DNA of 57,712 nucleotides from a virus (Duplodnaviria; Caudoviricetes): IMG/VR virus record IMGVR_UViG_3300030107_004068, positions 1 to 57,712 of that record; one strand, 5' to 3'. Shown piece by piece: positions 55,845 to 57,712 of this stretch (position 1 is its first letter; each line of letters starts with the position of its first letter). The notes under the pieces were generated by a model. It saw only the letters and a program-made list of their open reading frames with translations, ran no database searches and was not told where the DNA came from. The position numbers and the translations under genes were made by a program.

Positions 55845-56525
55845 TCATCGCTTGCTCCCTGGGCTGTGGTCAATGAAGCCAACAACCGGGCCAGCCTTGG
55901 AGCCGTCGCATATGCGGCAACTATTGCAGGTTACAATCTCGGGCTGCAGTTGCGCAGGACATACCACGCCAGTGTGACCGTCCGGTGTGGTGAACGTGCG
56001 CCCGGTGTGGTCTTTAGGAAGTACAACCGTAGCCCGCCAGCCGTCCGCTATCGCCTTGTCTACCTCAGCAAGCGTTCCGCACGATGCCATGATGTGACCT
56101 TTCCATCGGCTTGACATGTCAAGTGCCCAGCCGTGGGTATAGCCGATAAGGGCGAGACCCTCGCGCTTGACCGCTTGGCGGATATAGGCGCCATCGATGG
56201 GGGATAGTGCCGCAGGGTCACCGAGTGCGCCCAGCCGTACCATCTTGGCCGCGCGTGATGCATGGGCGAGCGCTCCGCGTAGGCTGTAGTTCTTGCCGCG
56301 CTTGTTAGCCTTGACCATTGCAGCATGAGAGAATGAGGGCGTGCCGTGCTGGGCATAGCATAGCGGCTTGCCGTTGCCGCCCTCGCCGCCGTGCTTTTCG
56401 TGTAGCAGTGGACAGCCGACATCCCGGCAGGATTGCAGCGATTCCTCGCGCGTCTCGCCTATCCATATGGTGGGGACGTTGCCTGTCTTCTTGTTTGTGC
56501 TCGTAGCGGTGCAAAGATATTTCAT
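55845..56525 (-). CDS. Cys-rich GP88-like phage protein
   Basis: NKKTG, SC...CP...CYA, VRLG..GD, GYTH, MASC and CPAQ...CNSCRIC; true start ATG at 56525 after AAGGA. Confidence 0.65.
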   Translation of the reverse strand: MKYLCTATSTNKKTGNVPTIWIGETREESLQSCRDVGCPLLHEKHGGEGGNGKPLCYAQHGTPSFSHAAMVKANKRGKNYSLRGALAHASRAAKMVRLGALGDPAALSPIDGAYIRQAVKREGLALIGYTHGWALDMSSRWKGHIMASCGTLAEVDKAIADGWRATVVLPKDHTGRTFTTPDGHTGVVCPAQLQPEIVTCNSCRICDGSKAGPVVGFIDHSPGSKR

Positions 56526-56552
56526 TGTGTTGTGTCCTTTTTTGTGTGGTGT
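56523..56552 (-). repeat. 30-bp duplicated leader/RBS, copy 1
   Basis: ACACCACACAAAAAAGGACACAACACAATG, identical to 56949-56978. Confidence 0.9.
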
Positions 56553-56561
56553 TGAGTGGTC

Positions 56562-56591
56562 ATTGTAGCCGGAAGCGTCACCGACTGTCAA
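56562..56591 (-). promoter_or_regulatory. Sigma70-like early promoter
   Basis: TTGACA-18 nt-TACAAT with an A-rich UP element. Confidence 0.7.
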
Positions 56592-56616
56592 GGGGTTTTA
56601 TTCTTTTATTTCGTGC

Positions 56617-56680
56617 CGCCCAGGGGGCGCGCGCGCGCGACCCGGTCCAGTATGATAGGGCCCGAAGGCCCCGAAGGGCC
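56617..56680. repeat. (GC)n + TGATAGGGC + hairpin cassette, copy 2
   Basis: CGCCC..GGGCGCGCGCGCGCGACCC..TGATAGGGC..GGCCCCGAAGGGCC. Confidence 0.85.
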
Positions 56681-56684
56681 AGGG

Positions 56685-56951
56685 TTAGACGTTCCTCATG
56701 TCATAGGATGGCAGGTCTCGGATAAAGATATTTTCACTGTATCGGCTGACAAGCTCAGGCCTTGCCCCGTGCTTCTCTTCAAATGCTCGAATGAATAGCC
56801 CAGCATCGCAATCCTCTTCGAGGTATGCCGTTGTTCCGCTGATATATGAATAGCTGGATATCTTAGAATCTATGCCGAGAGCCTCAAGTATCTGGGTGTC
56901 TACTTGAATCCAGCCATGGCCGGGGTCTTGATAATAAACGAAAGATTGCAT
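56685..56951 (-). CDS. Phage early protein with DPGHGW motif
   Basis: YQDPGHGWIQV...ISSYSY....AYLEEDCDA..F. Confidence 0.7.
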   Translation of the reverse strand: MQSFVYYQDPGHGWIQVDTQILEALGIDSKISSYSYISGTTAYLEEDCDAGLFIRAFEEKHGARPELVSRYSENIFIRDLPSYDMRNV

Positions 56952-56978
56952 TGTGTTGTGTCCTTTTTTGTGTGGTGT
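56949..56978 (-). repeat. 30-bp duplicated leader/RBS, copy 2
   Basis: Identical to 56523-56552. Confidence 0.9.
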
Positions 56979-57021
56979 CTGTTTAGGGTGAGGGCCACCA
57001 TGACCCCCACCCAAGGACAGA

Positions 57022-57243
57022 CTAATCAGATTCCGAAAGCTCGAAGAGCTTTTTATCCACTATATTTTGAAGCCATTTAATATCGTCAAGATCACACTGG
57101 TCGAAGCTATCCTCCGTTAGTGTGACTTCCGCCTCACCGCTTGCGTCTTTGTAGACGGTGATGCTATCGCATTCTACTTCTACCTCAATCTCAGCGTCTG
57201 AGATTTCGGCTTCTACGTTATAAAGTGTAATTGATTTTCGCAT
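57022..57243 (-). CDS. Small acidic hypothetical protein
   Basis: AAGGA RBS; 73 aa, highly acidic. Confidence 0.6.
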   Translation of the reverse strand: MRKSITLYNVEAEISDAEIEVEVECDSITVYKDASGEAEVTLTEDSFDQCDLDDIKWLQNIVDKKLFELSESD

Positions 57244-57252
57244 TGTATTTCC

Positions 57253-57495
57253 TTATACGATGTTGAGAGCGAGGAGCCAGGAAGGGCATCCGTCATAAGT
57301 CCAGCCGTCGGGCTCGATGCCTGAGCCGTCGAGGGTCTCGACCACTGATGCCCAAGTCCATGACTGGAGAGTTTCAAGTCGTGGGGTATCGTAGACTTCC
57401 CCGTTCCATTCGACATAGGACGGGAGTCCGTCCGATAGGCGAGCAGGTCCGTGGGTTATCTCCCCGATGGCTTCATTGATTGTGAATGAGTGCAT
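57253..57495 (-). CDS. Phage early hypothetical protein
   Basis: SVVETLDG..IEPDG...DG.PSWLL motif; ATG at 57495 after AAGGA. Confidence 0.65.
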   Translation of the reverse strand: MHSFTINEAIGEITHGPARLSDGLPSYVEWNGEVYDTPRLETLQSWTWASVVETLDGSGIEPDGWTYDGCPSWLLALNIV

Positions 57496-57539
57496 GGTGT
57501 TGTCCTTCTTTTTTTTGTGTATCTTCATGATACGAGAGT

Positions 57540-57568
57540 ATTGTACTGTGTGGTGTCGATACTGTCAA
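57540..57568 (-). promoter_or_regulatory. Sigma70-like early promoter
   Basis: TTGACA-17 nt-TACAAT. Confidence 0.8.
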
Positions 57569-57604
57569 CAACTATTTAAAGGTTTTTTGTGGTGTCCTCT
57601 TCAC

Positions 57605-57670
57605 CGCCCACCGTGGGCGCGCGCGCGCGACCCCGTAGAATGTGATAGGGCAGGGCGGCCCCGTAGGGCC
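57605..57670. repeat. (GC)n + TGATAGGGC + hairpin cassette, copy 3
   Basis: CGCCCA..TGGGCGCGCGCGCGCGACCC..TGATAGGGC..GGCCCCGTAGGGCC. Confidence 0.85.
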
Positions 57671-57712
57671 TATGCACCTCCCTTGTCGCGAAGGACGAGA
57701 CGCTGGCCCATG

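Noticed and set aside
55049-56114. Plus-strand ORFs 55049-55594 and 55701-56114 and minus-strand ORFs 55360-55656 and 55535-55885
   Set aside because: No good RBS, Arg/Pro/Ala-biased composition typical of GC-rich shadow frames, and overlap with better-supported genes or repeats.
56525-57014. Apparent shared peptide TPHKKGHNTM in two ORFs
   Set aside because: It is the translation of a duplicated untranslated leader/RBS; the true starts are 56525 and 56951.
55660-57680. CRISPR array or attC integron cassettes as an explanation for the periodic repeats
   Set aside because: Spacing is about 1 kb with whole genes in between, the repeats lack attC GTTRRRY/RYYYAAC ends, and no cas or integrase gene was recognised.
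1-57712. Integrated prophage or alternative genetic code
   Set aside because: No host genes, att site or integrase were recognised, and standard-code ORFs tile the window densely with all three stop codons in use.

Overview
The window is a large contiguous piece of a tailed dsDNA bacteriophage genome with podovirus-type architecture; no host housekeeping genes were seen. Bases 1-35261 (+ strand) hold the virion and lysis arm: portal (5'-truncated), scaffold, major capsid, decoration protein, adaptor and nozzle, tail appendage proteins, ejection proteins including a 2530-aa giant, a repeat-built tail fibre, many small beta-rich paralogues and a lysis cluster. Bases 35258-57712 (mostly - strand) hold the early/replication arm: RecT, YqaJ exonuclease, Cro-like HTH, VapE-type SF3 helicase, DnaG-type primase, SSB, SF2 helicase, tRNA-Asn and small early genes behind sigma70-like promoters. 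No terminase, integrase, DNA or RNA polymerase, or CRISPR array was recognised. The most notable observations are: (1) a phage-borne tandem DUF2589-like pair, one member with a beta-pore-like hairpin, next to a divergent membrane-protein pair; (2) a two-gene beta-sandwich module present in three diverged copies, one stranded in the replication arm; (3) an ATPase-less paralogue of the VapE helicase together with GGGACAG iteron clusters; (4) a roughly 1-kb-periodic (GC)n/TGATAGGGC/hairpin cassette upstream of early promoters; (5) a highly structured intergenic region at 35.6-35.8 kb. All family assignments come from motif recognition by eye; no searches were run.
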